Below are positions 8,054-18,113 of a stretch of DNA of 64,000 bases, piece by piece. The notes below the pieces were generated by a model. That model had not been told where the DNA came from. It saw only the letters and a list, made by a program, of their open reading frames with translations, and searched no databases. Position numbers and translations under genes: made by a program. The stretch lies in NCBI GenBank assembly GCA_965224245.1, contig OZ245046.1:4312382-4376381 (forward strand). Direction: 5' to 3'. Source of the stretch: Candidatus Eiseniibacteriota bacterium. Its GTDB lineage: Bacteria; Eisenbacteria; RBG-16-71-46; CAZAMP01. Numbering within the stretch: position 1 is the first letter of the stretch; each line of letters opens with the position of its first letter.

Positions 8054-9946
8054 TCAGGGCAGGCGTAGCACCCGGAGCCACGCGCGAGTCTCGGCTCCCG
8101 TCACCCGCAGGACGTAGACGCCCGGCGACACCGGTCGCCCGGCCGCGTCGAGTCCGTCCCACGTCGCGCCCGGCTCACTCCCGCCGAGCTCGATCGCGCG
8201 CCGGAGCCGTCCCGCGGTGTCGTAGACGGTGATCGTGCGCACGGCCTCGCCGCCGGACAGCGTGACCCGGGTGCCGGTCCGGAACGGGTTGGGCATCGCC
8301 TGCGCCGGGGCGTCGGCCGACACGGCGACGCCACCGCCGGGTACTCCGACGGTCGCCTCCTCGACGACGACCAGGAACTGATCGGCGGCCACGTCCAGGA
8401 GCTCCTGGTCGATGCCGCTCGGCCACTCGATGCGGAGACGATCCACGAGGGTGGCCGTGCCGAGCCCGAACTGGGCGACCATCGGCGGACCGGCGTAGAA
8501 GCTCCCGCCGCAGACGATCTCGACCATCTGCGTCGTGGGGCCGATCTCCGCGTACACCCGGGCGCCGACGCCGTTCCGGTTGGACTCGGTGCCCTCGAGT
8601 CGCACGTTCAGGAAGTGCCGGTCCTCGCGCGGCGTCTCGTTCCGGAAGAGCCGGGCGGTATCCCAGAGGTCGGTGAGGAGGAAGTCCACGTCCCCGTCGC
8701 CGTCGCAGTCGAACGGCAGGAGCCCGCGCGTGTTCGCGTCGTGGTCGAAGCCCGAGGCGACCGCGACGTCGGTGAAGTGACCGGTGCCGTCGTTCTGGAA
8801 GAGATACGAGGGAGTCACCCACTCGGTCTGCATCCACCCGTTGACGACCGCCAGATCCAGATCGCCGTCCAGCTCGACGTCCACGAAGGCGGCCCCCCAT
8901 CCCCACCGGGCATCGTTCACGCCCCGCGTGGCGGCCTCGTTCGTGAACGTGCCCGCGCCGTCGTTCTGGTAGTACCAGTTGCAGCAGCCCTCGGCCGCGG
9001 CTGCGTCGTCGGTGATGTTGGTGGTCAGGAGATCGATGTCCCCGTCCCGGTCCACGTCGCCCGAGGCGACGCCCATGTCGTTGTTGATGCTGAAGCCGTC
9101 GGGCCCGGGCGCGAACGGCGTGAACGTGCCGTCACCCTCGTTCCGGAAGGCGTAGTCGGGTGCGAAATCGACCGCACAGAAGAGGTCCTGCCAGCGATCG
9201 CCGTCCAGGTCCACGAAGAGCGGCGTCCACTGGCTCACGGTGTTGCCGAGCTCGAGTCCGGCCTCGACGGTGACGTCGACGAACGTGAACCCACCTTCGT
9301 TGCGATAGAGATGGTTCCCGTAGCTGAGCCAGCTCGTCGTGTAGAGGTCCAGATCGCCGTCGTGATCGTAGTCACCGGCGGTGCCACCGCCGACGACGAC
9401 GGAGAGTGGCTCGAGTCCGCAGCCGGCGCTCACGTTCTGAAACGTTCCATCACCGAGATTGCGGTAGAGCTGCGTGTAGGGGAAGTCGACCGACCCGTCC
9501 GAGTCGCACCACAGGACGAGGTCGTCGTAGCCGTCACCGTCCAGGTCGGCGAAGAGCGGTGTCCGCGCCAGCGCGAGGTCGACGAGACCGGCCGAGGCCG
9601 CGACGTCCACGAAGACGCCGCCGTCGTTGCGATAGAGCGACGAGGGATGGCCGTTGACGTCGGCGATGCAGAGGTCGAGGTCACCGTCGCGGTCGATGTC
9701 CGACGCCGCGGCGCCGGTTCCGAAACGCGAGGTCTCACCCGGCAGATACCCCGGCATCGGGTCGTTCTCGTGATGAACGTAGGTGATCCCCAGAGGGGTC
9801 GTCCGATCCACGAACACGGGGGTCGGATCGGCCTTCACCGCCACCGGGACGGCAGTCGCGACCCCGATGGCGACGGCGATCGCCGCGCGCACGGAGGCCG
9901 CCGGCGCCTCGGTGGACGCGGGAGCTCGCAGACGGGTGATGAGCAT
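8054..9946 (-). CDS. CRTAC1/ASPIC-UnbV family FG-GAP repeat protein with C-terminal FlgD-Ig/T9SS-like domain
   Basis: Multiple DxDxDGDxDL repeats, NRNGVGARV...FGLG...IEWPSG (ASPIC/UnbV) and PNPF...VYDTAGRLRR...WDGLDAAGRPVSPGVY. Confidence 0.92.
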   Translation of the reverse strand: MLITRLRAPASTEAPAASVRAAIAVAIGVATAVPVAVKADPTPVFVDRTTPLGITYVHHENDPMPGYLPGETSRFGTGAAASDIDRDGDLDLCIADVNGHPSSLYRNDGGVFVDVAASAGLVDLALARTPLFADLDGDGYDDLVLWCDSDGSVDFPYTQLYRNLGDGTFQNVSAGCGLEPLSVVVGGGTAGDYDHDGDLDLYTTSWLSYGNHLYRNEGGFTFVDVTVEAGLELGNTVSQWTPLFVDLDGDRWQDLFCAVDFAPDYAFRNEGDGTFTPFAPGPDGFSINNDMGVASGDVDRDGDIDLLTTNITDDAAAAEGCCNWYYQNDGAGTFTNEAATRGVNDARWGWGAAFVDVELDGDLDLAVVNGWMQTEWVTPSYLFQNDGTGHFTDVAVASGFDHDANTRGLLPFDCDGDGDVDFLLTDLWDTARLFRNETPREDRHFLNVRLEGTESNRNGVGARVYAEIGPTTQMVEIVCGGSFYAGPPMVAQFGLGTATLVDRLRIEWPSGIDQELLDVAADQFLVVVEEATVGVPGGGVAVSADAPAQAMPNPFRTGTRVTLSGGEAVRTITVYDTAGRLRRAIELGGSEPGATWDGLDAAGRPVSPGVYVLRVTGAETRAWLRVLRLP

Positions 9947-10150
9947 CGAGTCGTTCCAGGTTCGAAAGAGAAGACCACGGCGGGCGCATGCCCGGTCGGC
10001 ACGCCGGCGATTGTGCTTTCGAGACGACGATTATACCGTAAGGCGCACTCGAACCGAAACCGGCGGAGAGTGCGGCCGATCCACCGAAGACCGCGATGCC
10101 GAACGCCTCCCGCCGGTCACGAGCCCGATGCCGCGAGAGGAGAACGCCGT

Positions 10151-10753
10151 TTGCCCCTCGACCTGACCTCGATCGCCGCGCGGATCGTGGTCGCCGCGAC
10201 CATCGGCGCGATGACCATCGCACGAGTCGTGCATCAACGGTGGGCGGGCGAGAGCCGGTCGAGCCTCGCGCGCCACCCGGGTGCGCGCCGGAGCGTCGTC
10301 TTGCCCGTGGTGGGCGGTGCACCGTGGGCACTCCTGACGATCGGCTGGGTTGCGGGCGTGATCCCGACCGGATGGCGTTCGACCCCGGGCGAGGGCGTCT
10401 GGCCGATCCTCGGCGCGGTGATCTCGGTCGCGTCGGGAATCCTGTACGTGCGCGTCCACGAGGCGCTGGGCCGTAACTTCTCCATCGCGCTCCGGATCCG
10501 GGACGATCACACGCTGGTCACCTCCGGCCCCTACGCGCACGTGCGCCACCCGATGTACACCGCCGGCATCGGGCTCATGCTCGGGGTCTCGCTGGCGTCG
10601 GGGAGCGTCTGGATCGCGGGGACGGGGGCGCTGTACGCGGGCGTTCTCGTCCACCGCGTGCGCGCCGAGGAGGCGCTCCTCACGGACGCGTTCGGATCGG
10701 CCTACGAGACGTATCGCGCCCGGACCGGCGCCATCCTGCCCCGGTGGCGCTGA
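10151..10753 (+). CDS. Isoprenylcysteine carboxyl methyltransferase family (PEMT/ICMT-like) membrane protein
   Basis: LGRNFS...HTLVTSGPYAHVRHPMY...EEALL..AFG.AY..Y..RT; TTG start after GAGAGGAG (start uncertain). Confidence 0.88.
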   Translation: MPLDLTSIAARIVVAATIGAMTIARVVHQRWAGESRSSLARHPGARRSVVLPVVGGAPWALLTIGWVAGVIPTGWRSTPGEGVWPILGAVISVASGILYVRVHEALGRNFSIALRIRDDHTLVTSGPYAHVRHPMYTAGIGLMLGVSLASGSVWIAGTGALYAGVLVHRVRAEEALLTDAFGSAYETYRARTGAILPRWR

Positions 10754-10841
10754 TGCGGGGCACCAGCCCGTCCTTCTCCCGGTGCGCCCCGCGCGCTATG
10801 CTCGCCGTCTTTCGACCCCACGACCGAGGCGAGGAGCCGGC

Positions 10842-12113
10842 ATGAGTGCCTTGAACGTGAGATCCGAGATCGGGCGCCTGCGCGAGGTGCTGGTCCACGC
10901 GCCCGGACCCGAGATCGACAACATGGTGCCGGACCTGATGGAGGAGCTGCTCTTCGACGACATCCTCTACGGCGACCTGGCGCGTGAGGAGCACGCGACG
11001 TTCCGCGCCGTGCTCGAGGCGCTCGACGTGCGAGTGCTCGAGGCACGCGACCTCCTGACCGAGACGCTGGCCAAGGAGGAGCCGCGGGCCTGGGTCAACG
11101 AGGTGCTCCTGCCCACGCTCTCGGCCGCCAGCGAGAACCGGATGCTCGCCGCGGACGCCGCCGAGCTGACGCGGATGCTCGTGGAGGGCATCCGCATCGA
11201 CCCCGGCCACCGGGGGTTCGCGTCGCAGCAGATCTTCGAGATCGTCCCGCTGCCGAACTGGTGCTTCCAGCGCGATCCCCAGATCACGATCGGCGACGGG
11301 ATCGTCATCTCGTCGATGACGACGCCGGCTCGCTGGCGCGAGTCGTTCCTGTCGTCACTGATCTTCTGCCATCACGACCGCTTCGCCGAGACGCCGCGCG
11401 TCCTCGACTCGATGCATCCGGAGGCCCTGCTTCCCGCGTACTTCGGGCCCACACGCCCGTGCCACGAGGGCGGCGACATCCTGATCGTCTCCGAGGACGT
11501 CGTGGTGGTGGGCGGATCCGAGCGCACCAACCGGTCGGGCATCCAGCAGCTGGCGCGGCACCTGGCGCGGCTGGGCGGCCGACCGCGCTGGCTCGTCGCG
11601 GTGGTGCTCCCGCATCGCCGCGCGTACATGCATCTCGACACGGTGTTCACGCCCGTGGATCGGAACGCGTGTCTCGTCTACGCGCCGGTGATCCTCCCCG
11701 GTGGGCCCGAGACCGCCCGCGTGTTCGAGATCGATCTCTCGACCGATCGGCTGCGCTTCGAGCCGGTGGCGGATCTCCTGTCGGCGCTGCGCAACCGCGG
11801 CGTCGACTTCCAGCCCATCGCCTGCGGCGGGGCCGATCCCGTGCAGCAGCAGCGCGAGCAATGGACAGACGGCGCCAACGCGTTCGCGATCGCGCCCGGC
11901 GTGATCACGCTCTACGATCGCAATCTGGCCACGGTCGACGAGCTCGCCCGTCACGGGTTCCAGGCCGTGGCTGCCGAGGACGTCGTCGACGGCACGGTCA
12001 GGCTCGACCTCGACGCCCCCGACAGGAGGTGCATCGTGCTGCCGAGCAACGAGCTGGCCCGGGCCCGGGGGGGGCCCCACTGCATGACGCAGCCGCTGGT
12101 GCGGGACGCCTGA
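10842..12113 (+). CDS. arcA: Arginine deiminase
   Basis: VRSEIGRLREVLVHAPG, LLFDDI, PLPNWCFQRD, EGGD, MHLDTVFT, EQWTDGAN and RGGPHCMT with the catalytic Cys; ATG follows GAGGAG. Confidence 0.93.
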   Translation: MSALNVRSEIGRLREVLVHAPGPEIDNMVPDLMEELLFDDILYGDLAREEHATFRAVLEALDVRVLEARDLLTETLAKEEPRAWVNEVLLPTLSAASENRMLAADAAELTRMLVEGIRIDPGHRGFASQQIFEIVPLPNWCFQRDPQITIGDGIVISSMTTPARWRESFLSSLIFCHHDRFAETPRVLDSMHPEALLPAYFGPTRPCHEGGDILIVSEDVVVVGGSERTNRSGIQQLARHLARLGGRPRWLVAVVLPHRRAYMHLDTVFTPVDRNACLVYAPVILPGGPETARVFEIDLSTDRLRFEPVADLLSALRNRGVDFQPIACGGADPVQQQREQWTDGANAFAIAPGVITLYDRNLATVDELARHGFQAVAAEDVVDGTVRLDLDAPDRRCIVLPSNELARARGGPHCMTQPLVRDA

Positions 12114-12212
12114 CGGAGTCTTCGGCCGCCGATCGTTGGAGCGCACTGACGCCCCGGAGGCGCGGCTCGAAGGGCTCGATCGATCGGCGGGCACCGGCGA
12201 GACGAGGTCGCG

Positions 12213-13148
12213 TCAGCCTCGCGGCGCGCTCTCTCGCCGCACGTTGATGACCCCCTTGGCCAGCGCCGCCACGTACGCGACCGCCATCACGAAGTCGTCC
12301 TCCAGCAGATCGTGGAAGCTCTCAATGTACCCCTGATTGAGGACGACGTCGGTGTCCGCGTAGGCGTCGTACCAGCGCGGCTCGCCGCACTGCGACTCCA
12401 CGTTTCCGAGCGGATAGCCCGGTCCGCACGTGAACGTGCCGCGCCCGTCGGGCTGCACACAGCGTACGCGCCCCGACAGAATCGCGTAGATGAAGCCGGA
12501 TCGATCACCGGTCTTCCACATGGGCGTACCCGCGGTCAGGCGGTGCTCGACCAGCAGACGCGCGAGCTGAGAGACCGAGTCCAGGCTCGAGCCGAGGGTG
12601 CTGCCCCTGGCCAGCACCATGAGCCGCTCCACGTAGTTGAGCGGGCGTTCCGGCGGGATCTCGGCGATCGGCTCGGTGCCGCCGAGGTGCTGGCCGTCGG
12701 GAATCCGCAGCCGCTCGCTCATGATGCGGCGCGCCAGTCCCTTGATGACGTGAAGAACGAAGTAGAAATTCTCCTCGAAGAGGTCTCGCAGCAGCTCGGC
12801 CGAGAGCTCCAGCACCAGCGAGTCGACCTCGGCCACCGCGTGAACGCCCTCGGGGTCGCGGGCGAGGAAGCTGACCAGCCCCACGGCCTGCTCGGCGCCG
12901 AGATCGACCCCGAGCGGGTACTCACCACCCTCGACGCGGATCCACCCGTCCACGATGATGAACACCGACTGCGGGCTCTCCCCGCGCTCCAGGATCACCT
13001 CGCCTTCCCTCACGAAGCGCTCGCGGCCGTACTCGGACATGACCGCCAGCTCGGGCGGGGCCAGTGCGGCCAGGAGCGGGACCTTCTTCATGAACAGCGC
13101 CCGCTCGAGCGGCCCCACGAAGTGCATCCGACCCGCGATCACGCTCAT
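12213..13148 (-). CDS. Tandem cyclic-nucleotide-binding domain protein
   Basis: ERALFMKKVPLLAAL...GEVILERGE...FIIVDGWI and a second copy (ERLMVL...GTPMWKTGD...YAILSGRV); ATGA overlap with the upstream gene. Confidence 0.88.
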   Translation of the reverse strand: MSVIAGRMHFVGPLERALFMKKVPLLAALAPPELAVMSEYGRERFVREGEVILERGESPQSVFIIVDGWIRVEGGEYPLGVDLGAEQAVGLVSFLARDPEGVHAVAEVDSLVLELSAELLRDLFEENFYFVLHVIKGLARRIMSERLRIPDGQHLGGTEPIAEIPPERPLNYVERLMVLARGSTLGSSLDSVSQLARLLVEHRLTAGTPMWKTGDRSGFIYAILSGRVRCVQPDGRGTFTCGPGYPLGNVESQCGEPRWYDAYADTDVVLNQGYIESFHDLLEDDFVMAVAYVAALAKGVINVRRESAPRG

Positions 13149-15883
13149 CGCGTCCCTCCGGATCCGACCTGCTCCAGCCGCCGCAGCACATCGGCGATCA
13201 CGTCCGCATTGGGGTCCTCGGGATGCGTCTCCTGCGAGCGGATGTCCGGCACCAGCTCGACCAGACCGAGCTCGCCCACGTGGTACACCACGAGCCCGCA
13301 CACGGTCGCGCCCGACTGCGCCAGAAGCGAGCGGAGCACGTCCACGTAGCCGAGCTCGCCCGGCGCCACGCTCGCGCGCGTGGCCGCCAGTCGGTCGGCA
13401 TCGGAGACGTCGTCCACGAGCGCCAGCACCGTCTCGCGGTGCGGCGAGGCGAGGAGGTTCTCCAGGAGCTCTCGACTCGACGCGGCGGCGCGACGGTCGC
13501 CCTGCATGAGTCCCCGGTAGATGCGGCGGTAGTCCTCGCGCGCGTCCACCAGATCCAGCAGGCGGAAGAGCCGATCGATCGCGTGGACCTCCTTGTGCAT
13601 CAGGAGCGACGTGAGCGTCTCGTGGGCGGGCGTTCGCCGCTCGGGGCGCTCGCGCGCGCCCTCTTCCAGCCGCAGTCGCCAGCCCAGGAGCTTGACGGCG
13701 GCCTCGATCGTGCGGTCGACCACGTCGCGCAGCGCCGTCTCGTCCAGCGGCAACGACGGGTGGTGGTAGCGGAGAAAGCCCAGGACGCGGAGGATTTTGA
13801 AGCGCACGGCGCCGTTCTCCTCGGACGCGAAGCGTCTCAGCAGGATCTCGCCGGCCCGTTCGGGCTCGAAGAACGCGATCGTTCGTGGAACGTGTATGCG
13901 CCGGCGGACGGGCAGCGTGACGTCCCACAGCGCCTCCTCGAGCGCCGGCAGCGCGACGGGTCCGATGCGTTCGATCGTCTCGCGCACGACGGTGCGGAGC
14001 TCCCGGAGCTCGAGCATCTCGATCAGCTTTGGGAGGTACGTCAGGCTCGACGTGCAGCGCATCGCGCGCGCGGTCTCGCGCCGCACGACGATGTCCGGGT
14101 CGTCGGCCAGGTGCACCAGGATGCCATCGCAGACGGGTGAGGGGCTCTCGATGATCCCCTGAAGAAGCGCGATCTTCCCCTCGTTGGACGACCCGTCCAC
14201 GATCGCGGAGAGCGCCTCGGCGGTGACGGGATCCTCGGCGTCGCCGGCCGCCAGGAGCCCGGCCACCGCCGTCCCGCGCACACGGGGAGCCGGGTCTTCC
14301 AGGAACTCGCGAAGCGTCTCGACGTCGACCCCCTGCGACAGCTTCAGGCGCAGCACCCCCGCGCGGACGCTGGAATCCAGGTGCCCGACGAGGCGGTCGG
14401 CGATGGGCTGGAAGTCGGTGCGTCGCGCTCGGGAGAAGAGATCCAGCGCGTGCACGACCACACGCGAGGACGGGTGGTACAGGATGTACGGTTGAACCAG
14501 GTGGATCTTCCCCTTCTCCTGGAGCAGATCCATGGCCGCGATCACGTCCTGGTCGTTCGCGCTGTTCAGCGCGCCCAGGAGGGACTCGAACGACGCCAGG
14601 TCCAGCTTCGGAAGATCGATCTGGCTCTCGATCAGGCCCTCACGGAGCGTCCGGCGGAAGAGATCCAGGTAGAACGGCTTCAGCCAGATCGCGATCCACA
14701 TCCACAGACCCGACAGGACGACCACGGCGGCCGCGAGAACGGCCTCGCCGGCGCCGACGGCGATCGCGGCCAGAATGCCCACCGATGCGAGCGCCTGTCC
14801 TCCACGCTGGCCGATCACGTCGATGAGCTTCTTGACCCGGGCGCGCACGTCGGCGCCGAGCGGCACGTACAGGATCTCCAGGCTCGTTCGATGCAGGGAG
14901 TGTCGGAGCGCCCCGTCGATCCCCTTCAGGAGCAACGCCGCCGCGAGTCCCCCGCTCACCAGAAGCCCGCCTGCCGCGACCAGAAGTCCGATCGGGAGCA
15001 CGGCCAGCACCGAGCTGACCCCCAGCGAGCGCGTGAGACGCCCCACCACGTAGACCTGGAACACGAGCGAGACCAGGTTCAGCACCATGTAGACCGTCGC
15101 GAACGTGGATCCGAGGCGGGCGGGCTCCACCGAGGACGCGACCGCGCTCTTGAACAGGTAGTCGACGAGGGTCAGCGTGACCGTCGACACGAGGACCAGC
15201 GCCGCGAGCCGGAGCACGTACGGATCGCGGCGCACCGCCGTCCGATCGAGGCCCGGGCCCCAGCGCGGACGGGATCCGGACCGGCGAGCGGCCCTCCCGC
15301 GTGCGATCAGTCGCGCCGGCACGCATGCGACCCCGAAGACGGAGGCGGCCACGACGAGGAGTTCCTCGGCGCCGACGATCTCGCTGGCCACGCGCGCGAG
15401 TGCGGCGCCGGCGATCGCGCCGAGCACGCCGCCGGTCCCGATGAGGGCGAAGAGCCGCTTCGCCTGCGCGACGTCGAAGATGTCCTGGAGGAGGCTCCAG
15501 AACTCCACGACCATCAGTGTGGCCAGGATGCCGCTCCAGACGTAGAGCACGTAGAAGACCCACGGTCCGCCCCGCGTGACGAAGAGCCAGGAGGCGAGAC
15601 TCAGCACGACGCCGACCGAGAGCAGCGCCAGGAGGCTGTTGCCGGCCATCGGTCGCACACGCCGCTCCAGTGCGGTCACCCCCAGTGCAGCCAGCGCGAT
15701 GCCGAGATACACCCAGGGCAGTCGCGCCGCGGGGAGCGACGACAGGAACAGGGCGTCACGAGCGGTCTCCAGCACGCCGTGTGCCGTCATCAGGCCGAAC
15801 AGGGTCAGGAACGCGAGCCGGGCGCCGCCGCGTTCGCTGGCGCGCACGGACGCCAGCGGGTTCAGTCGCGCCGCGTTACGCAT
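13145..15883 (-). CDS. Npt1/Npt2 (TLC ATP/ADP-translocase-like) MFS transporter fused to HEAT repeats
   Basis: ETARDALFLS, FWSLLQDIFDVAQAKRLFALI, LVDYLFK and RHSLHRTSLEILYVPL across about 12 TM segments, then HEAT-like repeats (DPAPRVRGTAV, DPDIVVRRETARAM). Confidence 0.88.
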   Translation of the reverse strand: MRNAARLNPLASVRASERGGARLAFLTLFGLMTAHGVLETARDALFLSSLPAARLPWVYLGIALAALGVTALERRVRPMAGNSLLALLSVGVVLSLASWLFVTRGGPWVFYVLYVWSGILATLMVVEFWSLLQDIFDVAQAKRLFALIGTGGVLGAIAGAALARVASEIVGAEELLVVAASVFGVACVPARLIARGRAARRSGSRPRWGPGLDRTAVRRDPYVLRLAALVLVSTVTLTLVDYLFKSAVASSVEPARLGSTFATVYMVLNLVSLVFQVYVVGRLTRSLGVSSVLAVLPIGLLVAAGGLLVSGGLAAALLLKGIDGALRHSLHRTSLEILYVPLGADVRARVKKLIDVIGQRGGQALASVGILAAIAVGAGEAVLAAAVVVLSGLWMWIAIWLKPFYLDLFRRTLREGLIESQIDLPKLDLASFESLLGALNSANDQDVIAAMDLLQEKGKIHLVQPYILYHPSSRVVVHALDLFSRARRTDFQPIADRLVGHLDSSVRAGVLRLKLSQGVDVETLREFLEDPAPRVRGTAVAGLLAAGDAEDPVTAEALSAIVDGSSNEGKIALLQGIIESPSPVCDGILVHLADDPDIVVRRETARAMRCTSSLTYLPKLIEMLELRELRTVVRETIERIGPVALPALEEALWDVTLPVRRRIHVPRTIAFFEPERAGEILLRRFASEENGAVRFKILRVLGFLRYHHPSLPLDETALRDVVDRTIEAAVKLLGWRLRLEEGARERPERRTPAHETLTSLLMHKEVHAIDRLFRLLDLVDAREDYRRIYRGLMQGDRRAAASSRELLENLLASPHRETVLALVDDVSDADRLAATRASVAPGELGYVDVLRSLLAQSGATVCGLVVYHVGELGLVELVPDIRSQETHPEDPNADVIADVLRRLEQVGSGGTR

Positions 15884-18104
15884 TGGCCAGCCCGAAGTGC
15901 CGCTCGGCGATCGCGGCCAGCTCGCCCAGCGCCAGCTTGCCGCTGGGCAGCATGGGCAAGGCGTCCACGGGGACGTAGGAGTCGGTTCGCGGGATCCAGA
16001 GGTTCGGGTAGCCGTCGGTGCGCATGCGCATGGCGATCTCTCCGGGATTCAGCTCGACCGCGTGCACGACGACGATCCGCTCGCCCTTGGCTGCGTCCGG
16101 CACCGCGGTCACGCCCACCACGAGATCCTCCGCCTCCGTGTAGTCCTGGACGATCTCCTCGATCTTGCCGTGCGGCACCATCTCGCCGCCGATCTTGGAG
16201 AACCGCGACAGACGACCCGTGATGCGCAGGTAGCCGTCGTCGTCGAGCCGGACGACGTCGCCGGTCACGTACCAGCCGTCGCGAAGGACCTCGGCCGTTC
16301 GCTCGCGCTCCTTCAGGTATCCGAGCATCACGTTGGCGCCCCGGACGAGCAGGAGGCCGTCCTGTCCGTTCTGGAGCGGCTCGTACGTCTCGGGATGCAC
16401 GACCTTCACCTCGACTCCCGGGACCGGCTGCCCGATGGACCCCGGTTTGGATGCGCGCTGATGCACGCCGGGTGCACGGACCGGCGGGAGGTTCGCGGCG
16501 ACGACCGGTGCGCACTCGGTCGTGCCGTATCCCTCGAAGAGATCGACACCGTACTTGGCCCGGAACGTCCGGGCGAGCGAGAGCTTGAGCGCCTCGGCGC
16601 CCACGAACCCGAAGCGCAGTCCTCCGAACTTGTCCGGCGGGATCTTGGCCGTGTACTTCGAGCAGAATGCCGGCGTCGACACGAGGATCGTGACCCGGTG
16701 CTTCTCGCAGAGGTCACCGATCTGCTTCACCTCCATCGGATTCGGATGGAACGCGACGCGGTGCCCCCCGCAGAGGGGCAGCCACATCGTGACCGTCAGT
16801 CCGAACGCGTGGAACAGCGGCAGGCTGCCCAGGATGCAGTCGTCCGGCTCGGGGCGGAACACCTGCTGCACCGCCTCGATGTTCGCCAGGATGTTCCGGT
16901 GCGAGAGCATGACGCCCTTCGGGATGCCGGTGGATCCCGACGAGAACAGCACCGTGGCCAGCGCGGTGGGCTCCTGGGGTCCCTCCAGGAGCGTGCGGTG
17001 CAGGAGTCCGGGCACGATGCGCGAGAGGAGGTTCACCAGTGTGAGTCGAACGAACGTGACCGCGAGCCTGGCCGGGGAGACGTCGCGTCGCATGTCCTCG
17101 AGGTAGATCAGCTCGGCGGGAACGTCGACCGTCGCTTTCTCGAGAAATGCACGCGACGTGACCACGTGCCGGATCTCGCAGCGGTCGATGGCCACGTCCA
17201 TGGCCTCGCGCGACGCGGTGAAGTTGAGATTCACCGCGACCTTGCCCAGGAACGAGAGGGCCACGTTCGCGATGGCCCCCGCCGCGGTGGCCGGGAGCAG
17301 CACGCCGACCGTCTCCTCGGGCGCGCGTGAACGGAGCCACCGGGCCATCAGCCACGCGCCGGTGACGAGCTTCCCGTACGTGAGGTCGCGCCCGAGCGAA
17401 TCGGCGACGGCCTTCCGCGCCCAGCATCGCCGTGCCGCGTCCACGAACGCGCCCGGCAACGTCTTCGAGAGCATCGGGCGATCGAAGTAGGCGGCGGCCT
17501 CGAGGCCGCGAATGCGCGGGCGCGCGGCGGTCAGGAGCGTGCCCGCGGGGAGCGGCTGTCCGAAGGAGACCTTGGCGCGGAGCGGCATCCGGCGGGTCAT
17601 CGCGAGGATGCCTCGCCACACACCGGGCTCCAGCGGCGGCCGTACGGGCATGTCGACGTGAACGGGGACGATCTCCACGCCCGACTCGGCGGCCATCGTG
17701 TCCAGCGGCCACCGGAACGGCAGGAGATTGCCGGTGCGCGAGATCTGCCCCTCCGGAAACACGCACACGCTGGTGCCGGAGCGTAGCGAGGCCACCGCCT
17801 CGTCGCAGACGCGCCGGAGCTCGGCCCGCGTACCGACCGTCGGGAGCGACACCGAGTCGATCGTGTCGTAGAACGGCGCGAGATCGGGGATGTCGCGATA
17901 GCAGCTCGGAACGAGGAAGCGCATCCGGCGCCCCAGCGCGTGCTCGATCAGGAAGGCGTCGAGATACGAGACGTTGTTCGCGACCAGGAGCACGGCTCGA
18001 TCGCTCGGAACGTGCTTGCGTCCGGTGGTGCTCAGATCCACGAGGCGATGCGTGGCCAGGTGCTTGACCATCCGGCGTACGATCGGGAGCGTGAGGACGT
18101 GCAC
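15876..18104 (-). CDS. aas: Aas-like bifunctional PlsC-type acyltransferase / acyl-ACP synthetase (AMP-binding), without MFS domain
   Basis: VFPEGQISRTG (PlsC block), FSSGSTGIPKGVMLSH (AMP-binding P-loop), EGYGTTE, WYVTGD, RFSKIGGEM and LPSGK. Confidence 0.85.
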   Translation of the reverse strand: MHVLTLPIVRRMVKHLATHRLVDLSTTGRKHVPSDRAVLLVANNVSYLDAFLIEHALGRRMRFLVPSCYRDIPDLAPFYDTIDSVSLPTVGTRAELRRVCDEAVASLRSGTSVCVFPEGQISRTGNLLPFRWPLDTMAAESGVEIVPVHVDMPVRPPLEPGVWRGILAMTRRMPLRAKVSFGQPLPAGTLLTAARPRIRGLEAAAYFDRPMLSKTLPGAFVDAARRCWARKAVADSLGRDLTYGKLVTGAWLMARWLRSRAPEETVGVLLPATAAGAIANVALSFLGKVAVNLNFTASREAMDVAIDRCEIRHVVTSRAFLEKATVDVPAELIYLEDMRRDVSPARLAVTFVRLTLVNLLSRIVPGLLHRTLLEGPQEPTALATVLFSSGSTGIPKGVMLSHRNILANIEAVQQVFRPEPDDCILGSLPLFHAFGLTVTMWLPLCGGHRVAFHPNPMEVKQIGDLCEKHRVTILVSTPAFCSKYTAKIPPDKFGGLRFGFVGAEALKLSLARTFRAKYGVDLFEGYGTTECAPVVAANLPPVRAPGVHQRASKPGSIGQPVPGVEVKVVHPETYEPLQNGQDGLLLVRGANVMLGYLKERERTAEVLRDGWYVTGDVVRLDDDGYLRITGRLSRFSKIGGEMVPHGKIEEIVQDYTEAEDLVVGVTAVPDAAKGERIVVVHAVELNPGEIAMRMRTDGYPNLWIPRTDSYVPVDALPMLPSGKLALGELAAIAERHFGLANA

Positions 18105-18113
18105 GAGAGACTC

